Assembly: GCF_964355755.1 (NCBI RefSeq)
Contig: NC_092675.1
Location: 21,362,912 to 21,426,911, forward strand
Reading direction: 5' to 3'
Length of the DNA stretch: 64,000 nt
Source: Antedon mediterranea
Lineage: Eukaryota > Animalia > Echinodermata
Below, in pieces: positions 40,601-53,000 of this stretch. A model generated the notes under the pieces. That model ran no database searches, was not told where the DNA came from, and worked only from the letters and a program-made list of their open reading frames with translations. A program made the translations under genes and the position numbers. Numbering within the stretch: position 1 is the stretch's first letter; each line of letters opens with the position of its first letter.

Positions 40601-41658
40601 GTAAACAACAAGGTGCTATATGGATGTTAGCACTAGGCTTACTAGAAATTATACTTCCCTCAGCTAGCGCTTTGGGAAATATATATTCCCTCGAGCAAAA
40701 TATCATTCCCTCTGGGATGTCAAATCTTATATTTTACTAAGCATATGTATAATATTATAGTGATGAAATAACTTTCTAAAGCATTCTACAGTATGTACAA
40801 TAATATAAATTATTGAAATTTAGTAGAAAATAATAGTGAAAATAGTTTATGGACATTGATAGCCTTGATATTTACCTTGTGGTTGACTATATAAATTAGC
40901 TGGTGGAGGTGGCTGTCCATATCCCTGTGCAGGTGGTGGCTGGCCATATCCAGGTTGTTGAGGGTAGCCACCTCCAGCAGGAGGTGGTGCTCCATAACCG
41001 GGTGCTGGTGGTTGTCCATAACCACCTGGTGGTTGTCCATATGGTTGGGCAGGGGGTTGTCCGTATCCAGGTGCTGGAGGTTGGCCATAGCCAGGCTGTG
41101 GGGGATATCCTCCAGGAGCAGTGAAACCAGGAACAGACTGCGGTGGTGGGCCTAGAAGAGAAACATGTGATTGTTTAAAAATATAAACAAACAAATTAAA
41201 TCAGTTTTGTTTCAATTTTTATATACAATATATATATAACACATATTATGAAAAAGGTAAACCAGTAAGTACAGCATTGAAGGCATCATGGATATTTTCT
41301 TACCTCCAGCTGGTGGATATGCACCCCAGCTTTGACCTGGGGGTGGAGGTGGTCCACTCGATGGAGGTGGTGCCCCATAACCCGGCTGTGGTGGATATGC
41401 AGCTCCTCCGGGCTAAAATAAAAAAACTCTGTTAGTTTTCAAAACATTAAAATCTCTTTATGTATACTATACTATGGCTATCTAATGAAACCATGAATCC
41501 AACATTAGATGTTTTCTTAAATTAACAAAGTTACTTACAGGGTAAGCTGCACCACCAGCTGGTGGATATCCTCCTCCAGGTGGATAAGCAGCCCCACCAG
41601 GGCCAGGTGGATAGCCTTGTCCAGGGTAGCCATAACCTCCAGGTGGTGGATAACTCAT
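31656..41658 (-). CDS. ANXA7: Annexin A7/A11-like protein with long Gly/Tyr/Pro/Gln-rich N-terminus, 13 coding exons, about 528 aa
   Basis: Minus-strand exons 41658-41539, 41412-41304, 41151-40876, 37445-37375, 37154-37010, 36516-36422, 35418-35305, 34952-34862, 34359-34280, 33625-33455, 32950-32875, 32413-32301 and 31781-31656 (1587 nt, in frame). Starts MSYPPPGGY; four annexin repeats [34 protein letters not shown]; ends [13 protein letters not shown]. Confidence 0.9.
31924..32136 (+). mobile_element. tRNA-derived SINE (second family)
   Basis: Head GTGGAGCTGTAGCTTGCTGGTTA...GGTTCAATCCTGACC and 3' end CTGTTGAATGCGTATGAAA, shared with the copy at 61385-61624. Confidence 0.7.
35441..35790 (-). 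mobile_element. 3' terminal fragment of an L2/Crack-like LINE
   Basis: The minus strand reads [18 protein letters not shown] (RT C-terminus-like), then a UTR with GGACCCC...GGGTTATCC, AATAAA and a (CAAT)n tail. Confidence 0.45.
37760..38815. repeat. Minisatellite of about 1.05 kb, 38-bp unit made of two related 19-mers
   Basis: Alternating AAGCTCATCCATTTAATCT and AAGCTCATCCACCAGTCTA (variant ...CAGTTTA) units, in annexin intron 3. Confidence 0.95.
39715..40550. mobile_element. Non-autonomous Tc1/mariner (Tc2/pogo-type, CCGTA termini) DNA transposon
   Basis: TA, then CCGTATATTTTGGTGTATAAGTCGCAC ... GTGCGACTTATACACCGAAATATACGG, then TA. Subterminal GGTGCGTCTTATAC repeats; no transposase ORF. 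Confidence 0.88.
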
Positions 41659-41979
41659 CTTTATATTTTTTTCTAAAAAGAGTATAAGATTAGAGGTCTT
41701 CTAGAAAAGAAGAGTTCGCCAAATTAGATAATAATAATAATAATATATAAATTTCCTCCAAAAATATAAATTAATACAAAATACAGGACAGAAAAATTAG
41801 GATCTAGTTCCTGACTGCCATGCATACAATACTATTGTACAGATCCCAGCTCATCTTCAAATGTTCAATACAATTTTTGGCAAGGTATAAGTGAGATACA
41901 CCTCCATTAAAAATGCCGAATACATCCTGATAATGAGAATCTGACATTCAAGGAATATTTACTTATATTTTTCTTATGT

Positions 41980-42100
41980 AAAAGGGTCCTACAAAAAAAC
42001 GAAGCTACAGCTTTTTTATGCAGGATCCTTGTTATCATTTGTATTGCAATTATGATGTAATTGATGACTAAATAAATGTTGAATAAATTATTAATGAAAT
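41980..42100 (+). repeat. LINE 3' UTR-like dispersed repeat; second copy at about 45702-45821
   Basis: Both copies share AAAGGGTCCT...GAAG...ATGCAGGATCCTTG...ATCATTT...GATGA.TAAATAAAT followed by a short-repeat tail ((GAATT)n in the second copy). Confidence 0.6.
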
Positions 42101-44427
42101 GAAATTTGCCAAGTAGCATAGATCATGATTATTTGAACACAAGAAACTTAACATTTTTTATTTTAATATAGGCCTACAGTAGTATATCAGAAAGTAAGTT
42201 TGACGTTTGTTTGATGGAGGAAGTAAAATTAAAAAGGAAATAATATTAAGCAGCCGGTAAAAGATGGCTATCAAATGCAGTGTCATACTCCTTTATAGAA
42301 ACCACACTAATAGTCAATAGAAACTTAAGTCTCAGTGTAAATTGTTTCATTATAAAACATATCAAGTTCAAAAACTTTTGTTTGGTAGCAATTTTTCATA
42401 TCAAAAGAATTTAGCTACCTAAAGAATACAGTTTTAGCAATTGGCATTAGAAATAGAACAGAAAGGTTATGAGTTGAATGGCAAAGACGATTTTTAAATA
42501 CATTTTCTGTTCTAAATGAACATTTTTATTTGCATTATGACAGCAGATCAAGGATTTATTATTGTTAATGGGGAGCGCTAACAATATAATGTTAATAGGC
42601 CTAAATAGTCGAATATAAACAGAGCCTAGTAGTTTATATGAAAAAAGGTTAGGCCTAGGTCTATACTAGTGTAACCCGAGTTTCTAGCAAGAAACTAAAA
42701 TTTCCAAGAAGTATTAAATAATCAAATCAAGGAAAACGCCTTATAAATTAAAATGTGGATTTATTCCTTTGACATCAACTTGTCGGAATTTACATAAAAC
42801 CAATATTATTTATTCACAAGATAAAACATTAAAGTGTCCACAAAACTAAAAGTTTATATTAAAATTGAGTCTTCAGTTGAAACAATTCCGACTTGAAAGT
42901 TTCCACAGTAGAGTAAATGTTATCAACGAAATGTTCCGACCAATGGTGTAATAATTGCAATAATGATTCGTAAATTTCAAAAGTAGTGTTTTCTCATCTA
43001 AGAAAAGAGAAAATATATACATATACTATATAACTATAAAACAATTTAAATCAAATATCATTTGGTACATAATTAAAATACCACAATGTCTGCAAATAAC
43101 CTAGGCTATGATAGACAATTAAACAACATAAAACATAATCCGTCAATACCGCCAGGTTCGATTAACACTGATTGGTATATGATTATTCACACTACTCATT
43201 AAAACAATAGTTACATTATGTAGTTAGAGGTACTTCGTTTGGTAAGTATGCTAATACTTGATACCAATATAACTACATTGCAACGAATGGATAATAGCAA
43301 TAGCTATTCAAACGTGTGTCTATCAACATATTAACCTGACTATTATAAACTCAGGATGGTTAATGCATCCATTCAATAAACTAAATTATAAACTAAAAGG
43401 TAATTAAATGTATAAAAATAAATGTCGCATAAAGCGGAAATCAAAAATAAGTGTATAATACAATAGTCTCAATTCTACAATCACACTCCAATTGTCTCTA
43501 GGTCAATCAATACCAAGAGTGTACTGCCATCTAGTAAATGACCCACATTTACCAGAATCGTCCTGATACACTCATAAAATTAAAAGTATTAGCAAAAGCA
43601 AATTAATCACTTCAAGACCCTTTAAAGTTGATAAAAATGTATAGATGTTTCTTGTGAGCAGGCACAAGTGGAAGTGAGGTATAATCACCAGAAATGAAGA
43701 TAATCACCTTAGTTGCCTAGCAACTTGGCAAAACACATTCCTTACTTCCCAAACATTTGTCACTTTGACCCACTTGGGGTAACCTTTGTTGCAATTAAGC
43801 TGCATTCTTTTCTACTGACCTATAAACTATATTTATATGGTACATTGTAAAAACAGATACATTCAAATGAATAAAATCAAACAGAAAGATATAAGAAAGA
43901 TATAAATGGTAAAATATATTTTAAAAAATCATAGGGTTACACTAGGCCTAGTAGTAAATTGGTTTTTTAGGTCTCCTAACTAATTTTAATATAATTAGGC
44001 CTAGGCTATATATACAAGCCCAGGCCTAGCTAGGTTTTATAATTATATAAAATTAAAAAATAAAATGATTAAAATTGTATTGCCAATGCATTCCAAACTA
44101 TTGTTTATAAACAATCAAACTCATCTAATAAATGACAATGCAAAATAATGAAACCAGCTCCATGATGAAACTAAAAAATCGAAGGGATGGGCTAGGCCTG
44201 GCCTAGCTGGCTACTATTATGAATGAGCGAGCGTAAAGAAGAGCATGCCGTGGCTGCATGATGAACACACTCTAGGCTGGGCCTAGGCCTACATCCAGCA
44301 GGCGGCTTATTTAGTGTTTCTTGTGTCAGGTCCAAGAAAAGAAAAAGTCCACATTCACCAGTTTATAGCCTATAATATGCATACTGAAATATAATAAATA
44401 ATAATACCCACATAACAAGTTTCTTAC

Positions 44428-44592
44428 CCTTTTCTAAACGTCAATTTAGCTGCTTTATGATAGATAGGCCTAACTTAACTTAACTACTAGCAAAGAATAT
44501 ATATAACAAGAATGAGTATTCCGCGATTTTTGCATGAGAAATTTGTAACAGAGAGCTCCAGAGAGTGATGCCCGCCCTCATAAGGGCGGATG
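44428..44592 (-). promoter_or_regulatory. Probable annexin promoter and non-coding first exon
   Basis: Two GC boxes (CCCGCCC and GGGCGG, about 44570-44589) upstream of a minus-strand donor GG|GTAAGA near 44427. The ATG exon has its own acceptor at about 41673. Confidence 0.4.
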
Positions 44593-45839
44593 TATACATA
44601 CTAAATAAGACTTGATTTAATAGATATTATACATGTCACATTAAATAGAATTATGATAATATATTTCGCAATTGTAAACTATTTTATAATACATATTTAT
44701 TAACAAACTAGTGTACATTCACTTTTACAGACAGTTATTTACTAACATGCTAAATTAGTTCACAAAAAAGGCCTAACACAGCAACACCAAAATCAACAAA
44801 TCGTTACTCAGCACGGCCTATTCTTTACCATTGCCGCGTACTACTCTACGCCCGGTAAATTAAGTATTGTTTTTATGATATAAATTAGTATAAAATACAT
44901 GTTATTTATAGGATAAAATGTTAAATGTCATTAACATTTATTGTTTTACCAGAAACAAGTTAAATATAGGAATATTATTAAACTATCCTTCGTGAAATCG
45001 CGTAATCACCAACACGCACGGTCACGCTATCGTAGCGCCCGGTTGATAAAGCGAACTGTTTATACGGCAGTTTTTACTAAATAAATTGCATAAAACGAAC
45101 AATTAAATATCCAAATAGCATTTAACATGATGTTGGCATGTAGTTGATAACATTTTTTATCATGAAAATACTACCGGTGGTCTAGCCTTTGATTATTGAA
45201 ACCGTCACAAAAAGTTGTATACATCCCAGATACATCCACACTTATGGCGGCGCCCTACCACATGGACAATATTACTGTTACAGGGAAAATCGCGGATTAC
45301 TCATTCTTGTTATATATATTCTTTGCTACTAGACAGACGACGTATTAAAAACAGAGAGAGATGGTGTTTTTTGACGTTCACTTGTCATGCAAAAGCGCCC
45401 TCTCTAAAAAGTTATAACTTTTTAGAGAGTTAAATTCTTAAAACAAAAGAACTATAGGCCTACGAAACAACAATTTAACACTAAAAGTGATACATGTAAC
45501 ATTAACAATAAATAAATATAACAATCAATCAATATTGAAATATGGAATAGAAAATCCCTGGGAAAATTATGTATAAATTTAAAATAAATATATAAATAAT
45601 CATGTTAGAAAAACACTATCCCTTTGTGATGATGAACAACTCCAAAATGTAAATAGGAAATGCTTTTTTTTGTTGTGTTTATTGTTTTATGTTTTTTATT
45701 TAAAAGGGTCCTGCGAAAACAGAAGTGTAAACTTCTCTATGCAGGATCCTTGCCATCATTTATGCTATGAAATTATATTTATAAACGATGAGTAAATAAA
45801 TATGAATTGAATTGAATTGAAAATAAAATAAAATAATAT

Positions 45840-46156
45840 GCAATGACAATCAAAATGACCGTATCGGAACGACAAATAAACGGAATGAGCATAAAAAAGG
45901 ACTATGAAACGAATCAGGGACTATGGAACGGCAAATCAAAAAGAAAATTATGAATGTATGGAATGACAATCAATTGACTATTTGGAATATAGAAATAGAA
46001 TATCATATGTAAAATGCTAAGGAAATGGAATATATTGAATGACATTGGAATGGACTATGGAATGACAATCAATATGGATTGACAATCAAATGAACTATGG
46101 AGTGACAAATAAACGAGCTATGACAAGCAAATGGATTCATTGAGTGACAATCAAAT
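45840..46156. repeat. Degenerate tandem repeat of about 21-22 bp (GACTATGGAATGACAATCAAAT-like)
   Basis: Recurring ACTATGGAA and TGACAATCAA motifs between the divergent annexin and CPE starts. Confidence 0.6.
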
Positions 46157-46800
46157 TGCGTGCATTGTGCTATGGAAAAAGAATGCACATTTAACATTTC
46201 GTTTTCAAATAATAGAAATACTGGTAAAACATGAATATTATTACGGTGACATTTTAATTCAAAGTCACTAGCACAAATTTGATCACTTTCTAATTATTCA
46301 TTATATAAATATGAACGAAAAGGATCATAAATTATTATAATTACTATAAATGTACCGATATTGTAACAATACACCTGTTTACATCGTAAGACAATGTGGC
46401 TGTCCATTTACAGATCGCCTGGTGGATGTGTACTGTGTCCAAACAGTTTATTTTTTATCAGATGGACAAGCAAGACAATTCACGCCTCGATATACTTGAG
46501 AAAATGTTCCGTAGACCAAAGGTGTTTAATTATTTTTTTTTTAAACATATTGAATTAATCGATCATCATATTAAAAAATAATATGCCTATCTGTAGGCCT
46601 ATAGAAGGTTGTCGTCACGCGAGAGTGACGCGTTTCTTCCCACGATGAAAATTACGAACCCATAAATAAATAGAATACACTTAACATAAGTATCTATCTA
46701 GCCTACTACTCTCGTAAACATTGGACTTTAATACTTCCAACTATCCGTTTATTGGATTCAATAACTAAGAAATTAATTATCATCACATTATAGTTTCTCC

Positions 46801-46808
46801 TGACGTCA
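46801..46808. promoter_or_regulatory. Palindromic CRE (TGACGTCA) about 260 bp upstream of the CPE start codon
   Basis: Exact motif in a CpG-retaining proximal region; function unproven. Confidence 0.3.
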
Positions 46809-47065
46809 TTAAATAAAATGCACCCATTGGATAATGGAACAGTCTGAATACTAAGCACACCTTTGAGTGGAGAACTAAAGAAAATCGTTGAGATGAGAAT
46901 TACCGGCGCATAGAAAATAAAGGACATTAGAAATTACCGACGGAACATCAACCGACGTATCGCATATAACGCTCACACACACAGCTACATTTTAAGCAAG
47001 AATTATCAAAAGAAATTGCAAAAGAAATAATATTCGGAAAATCCGAAAAGCGTTTGTGGGGAGAT

Positions 47066-50000
47066 ATGAAATTGGTGGTTTTATTTCTAGTGGCATTATT
47101 AACTGTTTATGTTGACAGTTTCCCAGACGATGACTACACATGGACCCATCATGATGCTGAAGCTCTGAAAAGAGTGCTGGATGAAACTGCCAGAGAATGT
47201 CCAGATATCACCAGAGTGTACAGTCCAGGAAAAAGTGTGAAAAATGTTGATTTGTGGACCATTGAAATTACAGACAACCCAGGAGTGCATGAACCAGGTA
47301 CAATTATTTAAATTATTTATATTAAGTTTAGATGTTTGTTAAATTATATTATATTGTGCGAGTTTATTATTTCTTTGCATACCTGGCATAATGAACCAAC
47401 ATTGTTTGTCTACAGATTTTTTTTTGTTTATTCTAAACCGTAATTATATTTACAACTACTTCACTTTATATAGGGTCTATATAAAAAAATATAATGTAAT
47501 GTAACAGTCGCTTTTTTTGTATCATCAACTACAGCATAATAAGTTGGTATTATAATATGCCATATGCGTTTACGTATCCATTGTGGTAAAATATGTATGC
47601 ATTGTGGGACAGTCCTCATTTGCATATGCCAGATGTTTTACTTCATTTTTTATTGTGTATTAGAAAAAGAAAAATAATGAAGAAAACAGGTTGGTATGTT
47701 GGATATCTGAAAACAATGTAAAACATGATAACTTAACAATGGATACACTCTGGGTATACTTCCTGGATCGGTTCCATACCAACATTGTGTATTAGTTGGC
47801 CATAGGGGGTCAGTCTAATTACCGAAAACAACCGAAAACAACCGAAAATAACCGAAAACAACCGAAAACAACCACAAACAACCGAAAACAACCGAAAACA
47901 AACCGAAAACAAACCGAAAAAAAAATTTAAAAAATCTAAATACCGAAAACAAATTTTGTATAATATTTTTTTAATGTCGCCCTCTATTGATGGGTGTTTC
48001 TAAAGCTAAGACCATACAGAGGCGCAAAAGTCATGGAAGACCCTAAGAAATGGTAGTGTGCACAAAATACAACTCAAAATCGTACAAATTCAATGAAATA
48101 GATTACATTTACTTACAAAATATATAAACCCATTTCGTTTTTAGTCTTTTCAAAAACAAAGCATGATTTTATCTAACTTTGCGTTTTTTCGTCCCCGGTT
48201 TTCGTCACTTATTAAGTGAATACTGAAGCGATTAAGGATAAAAACGTTATTTACTCGACTACAGTAATTTTACTGAATAGATTTTATTGTGAATCCTTTA
48301 GAGTGAGCTTGTTTTAAGTATACTTTATAGTCCCTAGTATCTTTGTATAATTATCTTTGAAAATCTATAATTAAATCGATCATGCTTAACCATAGTCAAT
48401 TTACTTTCTATACTATGGATTAACATATTCACAATTTTATTTTTATTTTATTTTATTCAATCAAAACCAACAGCGATAAATACCGCCACTAACAGGTTTG
48501 AAACATAAAACAATACAACATTAAAAACGGATAACAAATTATTGTAAGGAGTAATGCGCTGGTTTCTGGATCAAAAATCGAAAGACTAAAATTAAAATAT
48601 TTTTATAGATTCTGTAAGTAAATGCGATGTTATCATTGATTGATTGCATGATTTTTAGTTGTATTTATTTTGTGCACACTACCATCGTAGGGTCTTCCTT
48701 GGCTTTTGCGCGCGCGGTTTTGTCTCTGTTATGGTCTTAGATTTAGAAACACCCATCAATAGAGGACAACATTTAAAAAATATTATACAAATTTGTTTTC
48801 GGTATTTAGATTATTTTATTTTGTTTTCGGTTTGTTTTCGGTTGTTTATGGTTGTTTTCGGTTGTTTGTGGTTGTTTTCGGTTGTTTAGGGTTGTTTTCG
48901 GTTATTTTCGGTTGTTTTCGGTTGTTTTCGGTAATTAGACTGACCGGCCATAGGTCATTTCGACAGGTTGACAAGTCACTTCATATTGCAAATAATTGCA
49001 TTGTTTCATTCAAGTCTATTGTCTAAAGCTGATTTTCCACTTTCAGTCTTTTTTTCGTTTGTTAAATGGGTGAATATTAGGGCTATTTTTTGTTTGCGTC
49101 ATTAAAAAATAGTTTTTCGCAATTGAGAACAGAATTGGTTAGAGTTTTAAAACTATATTTAACATTTTCAGTGTCCAGAAGAGGAAATATTTTTCAGTGT
49201 TCGGAATTTGTTTTGTCAGGAATCAATTTATATAAAAAAAAAAAAACTATGTACACCATTATAGTCAAATGATGCCTGTCAATCACTCATACATCTTACA
49301 TATTTAAAAAAATGTTTATTGGCAAAAAAATATTCTGTAAAATATGTTTTTAAAACCATATTTTTGGTGGATAAACACATGCAAGTTATATCAATATAAA
49401 AGCAGTTGAATAGATAAATGATCACATAATAAATTTTGATTTAGACTTAAAGCTCTGTCTACGCTATCAAACTTTATGTGACAAAAAAATGTGATGTGCA
49501 TATATGGACATAATGCGTCATAATACTATCATATTTGGGCATATCACTACCATATTTGGGCATATCACTACCATATTTGGGTACATCACATCACAGAGCT
49601 TTATAAGCAAACGTCAGTCAGACGCGTAGTCTTCACACAGCACAGTGGGGCGCCATCAATGTCAATTTTTTTGACTGTCAATAAAAGTGTCCTTTTTGCT
49701 TTGAGATACTGTAGTTGCCCCAAAGGTGTTAATCTGTGAAGATTGTGTGGTCAAAGAAAAATATTTTGGGTTAGTATTTACATTAGGATATGTTTTCAAA
49801 CCTGTCTTTACATTTGAAGGATGGCCGCAGTTGGAAGTTATCAAGATCAATTTAGACAAGAATTAGATAGAGTTATAACCAAGAACATAAATTTGTTTGC
49901 GGTTAGAATGAAATAGTTAGAATGTATGTCATACAAATGTTAATTTTTTGTGTGAACTTTGTACAACATACATTCTAAATTGAATGATGTTAAAATAGTC

Positions 50001-53000
50001 TGCTAAGTTGTCTTCATCGGCCACTTTTCCACCACAACATTTTAAGAAGCCTGGTACGGATTCATGTATAGTGTGAGCCCTTTTTTCACATTTGTTAACC
50101 AATGTTGAATCTCAATTACTAAATTCAACATTCCGCAAACTATTTGATGACCAAGTAAAAAGAAAGAAATGTCAGGGAATCCCACAGTCCTTACAGTACA
50201 GTATGTCCAGCTTTTGAATTCATGTATCATTGATCAATATTTGTCTTTCTCTTGTGTATTTTTAATAAATTAATAGGATGGGCTTTTGATTTGGACGACT
50301 GAAGTACAGTATGTCATATGTATTCACTGTACATGCAGGGATATTGGGACGCGTTTCCTCACTCCAACACAGACACATATTTGATGGTTTCTATGTCCAG
50401 GTGACATCGATTGACCTGACCTAGGCAGGGTTTCGGTCGCAAAATGAAAGCTCCCTATCTCACTTTAACCTAAATTATTTTGCTGTTTAAAAAGCATAAT
50501 ATGATACCAATTACACAACAAACACAGTTGGACTTTGAGCATAAACACAAACTGTATAGAAAATCATCTGAAGGATCTCGTACTGATAATGCCTAATATA
50601 TTTAATGGACCTTTTTTGAAATGCATAAACTATTCAATATGTTTCTGATGGAAATTTTAAGTGTTTTTTCTCTTTCTTTACATTAATTACAGAATCTCAT
50701 GGATTGCTTAAATTTCAAAATTAAAAAATTGTAGTTTAATACTGTTATTTTGTCACATTTGTGCATATGAACCTTGAAAATATCACAGTTACTCCACAGG
50801 GGTGGAAAACATCAAAATAAGCCGGCTCCTAATTGAGGTGACAATAGTGATAATTAGATAGGGAAGTGTGCTTAAGGGACCAACAACCCCTACTGGGACC
50901 AACCTTAATCATGACTTTTAAGAGTTACAGCGATTTTAATGATATATTAATATAGCCTTGTAGGGAAATTGAAAACTACCCTATAGGTACTACTAAGGTT
51001 AATAGTAATACATTTCATACAGTTTATAATTAGGAATTTGTCCATTGATAAAATATGTCCAGTCTAATTATTAATAATGAACTTAAAAATTCCATATTTT
51101 CTTTCCTCTCTACGTTCCCTTCCCCTAATACCTTTTTAAATTCGAAAATCTTTTTATTTATTAAATAAAATTGAACACTACAGTATAGTTAGTGTATTGT
51201 CACTACAAATAATAGTTTCTTTATAAGAATTGTTTAATTTAAAAGTGTGTTGGGCTTCTGATCAACAGTTACAACCAAATTTTATAGATTTGTTTAAATG
51301 TTAGCATATGGACACAACCAAGCCCACGCATTTAAGTGTTTATATATACCTCTACTAATAATGGTGGTATATTTTGGATCCATTCAAATTACAGTACAGT
51401 AGAATGCCATGCCAGGTTTTGATTGTATTGTATTTATGGTCCACTGGTCTTCTTTTGAAATCCTTACAAAGAAAGGATTTCTTACAAATTGATATGGTAA
51501 AAGGCCTCACTAGAATGTGCACAGACTCGGACATATCTGAGTTTTCTAGATCGAGAACACTGTATTGATTATACCTGTTGACTAGAGTCCAACCATTTTT
51601 GTTTAGAAACTACTACAGTACTACTAACCTCATTAGGCCTACACATTGATATATCTGATGGTTGAAACATTTGCAAAATAATGCATTCATTTATTTACTT
51701 AAATTTTAAAAACTGAAAATGGAAAATAACACAATCAATATTATTTCAACAGGTTTCTTTACCAGCAAATATTGATTATATGTAAAAACTAACCGCAAAG
51801 ATCAATGAATACAACAATATGAATACATAATAATATTCAGATTGGAACAGTTATTCAATGGCGTCATTTATAATTTACAGTTTATATGCTAATTATTTTC
51901 ATATTTTTCGTCATTTCTTCGAAGCGTATTACTTAACATAAGAATATGTGATCATAAGTAATGATCAAGTAACAGTAAGTGTCTGTCATATTATAAATTT
52001 TTGTCTAATATTACTTATCTTTTTAAAAAATGTACCGTAACCAATCATTTTTATTGTGTCATTATATACTTTATTTTATTTATTTAAAAAAAAAACCAAA
52101 AAACAACTGTTGATTGTTTTCAAAATATTACCATCATAATAATTAATACTTGAGGTCCAAAGATATAATAAACATATCCCCATCATTTACCATCTTCTTA
52201 CAAAAACTATCCCAGAATGACCTTACTTTTAGAGGTTAGCTTGTCCAATAAATCTGTATCAAGTATCCCTCTGATAATAATAAACAGTTGTACCACATTA
52301 CACCAAATTGTTATCAGTAAACAGTTTAATTGGACATAATCTGTGTTGTGATATATGGTGTTGGCAGATTAACCCATCAATCAATCAATCAATCAATTAC
52401 AAATAAAAGTAAAATTCTACATTGAGATCTCAGCACATTATTTTCATGTTTTATTCACAGATTTCCTACATGTTGTCTTCCATCTTGCAACAATATAGAA
52501 CACACATTTTCCTATTAGTACAGTTACTGTACAAATGAGTTAATAAATGCAAATATGGATTCAGTCATGTAATAGATATAAATACAGAAATAGAATTGTA
52601 GCTTTACTATATATGTATACTATACATGCTAATTATGTATTAAAAATTATAAGCCCACAATTCTATTTCTAATTATTGTCACAACAGACAAACAACACTA
52701 GATAGATAGATACATATTCATTTTTTTCCCAATTTTTTTATTTTGTGATAGGCCTAGGCCTTGGTAGTAGAAATTTGGTACATTGAGTGGACTATATTTA
52801 ACATGTGTCCTTTATAGACTCCTTTACTTTTACTAACCTACTACCTGTCTTCCATTTTTCAGCTTTTATTTGATGGTCAATTAGGTAATAGTTCATATTC
52901 ATAATCACTTTAACCCTGAATGTGTTCATTTCACATACATATCTACGAACAGTAGCTAATTAGGTGTTATCAGTGACATTACAGTATACAGATTGTCAGA

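Noticed and set aside
40810-41155. Alternative-frame ORFs over annexin exon 3
   Set aside because: By-products of the repetitive Gly/Pro/Tyr coding sequence.
48659-49026. Hydrophobic F/V/L/C-rich ORFs
   Set aside because: Translations of the GTTTTCGGTT tandem repeats in the foldback TIR.
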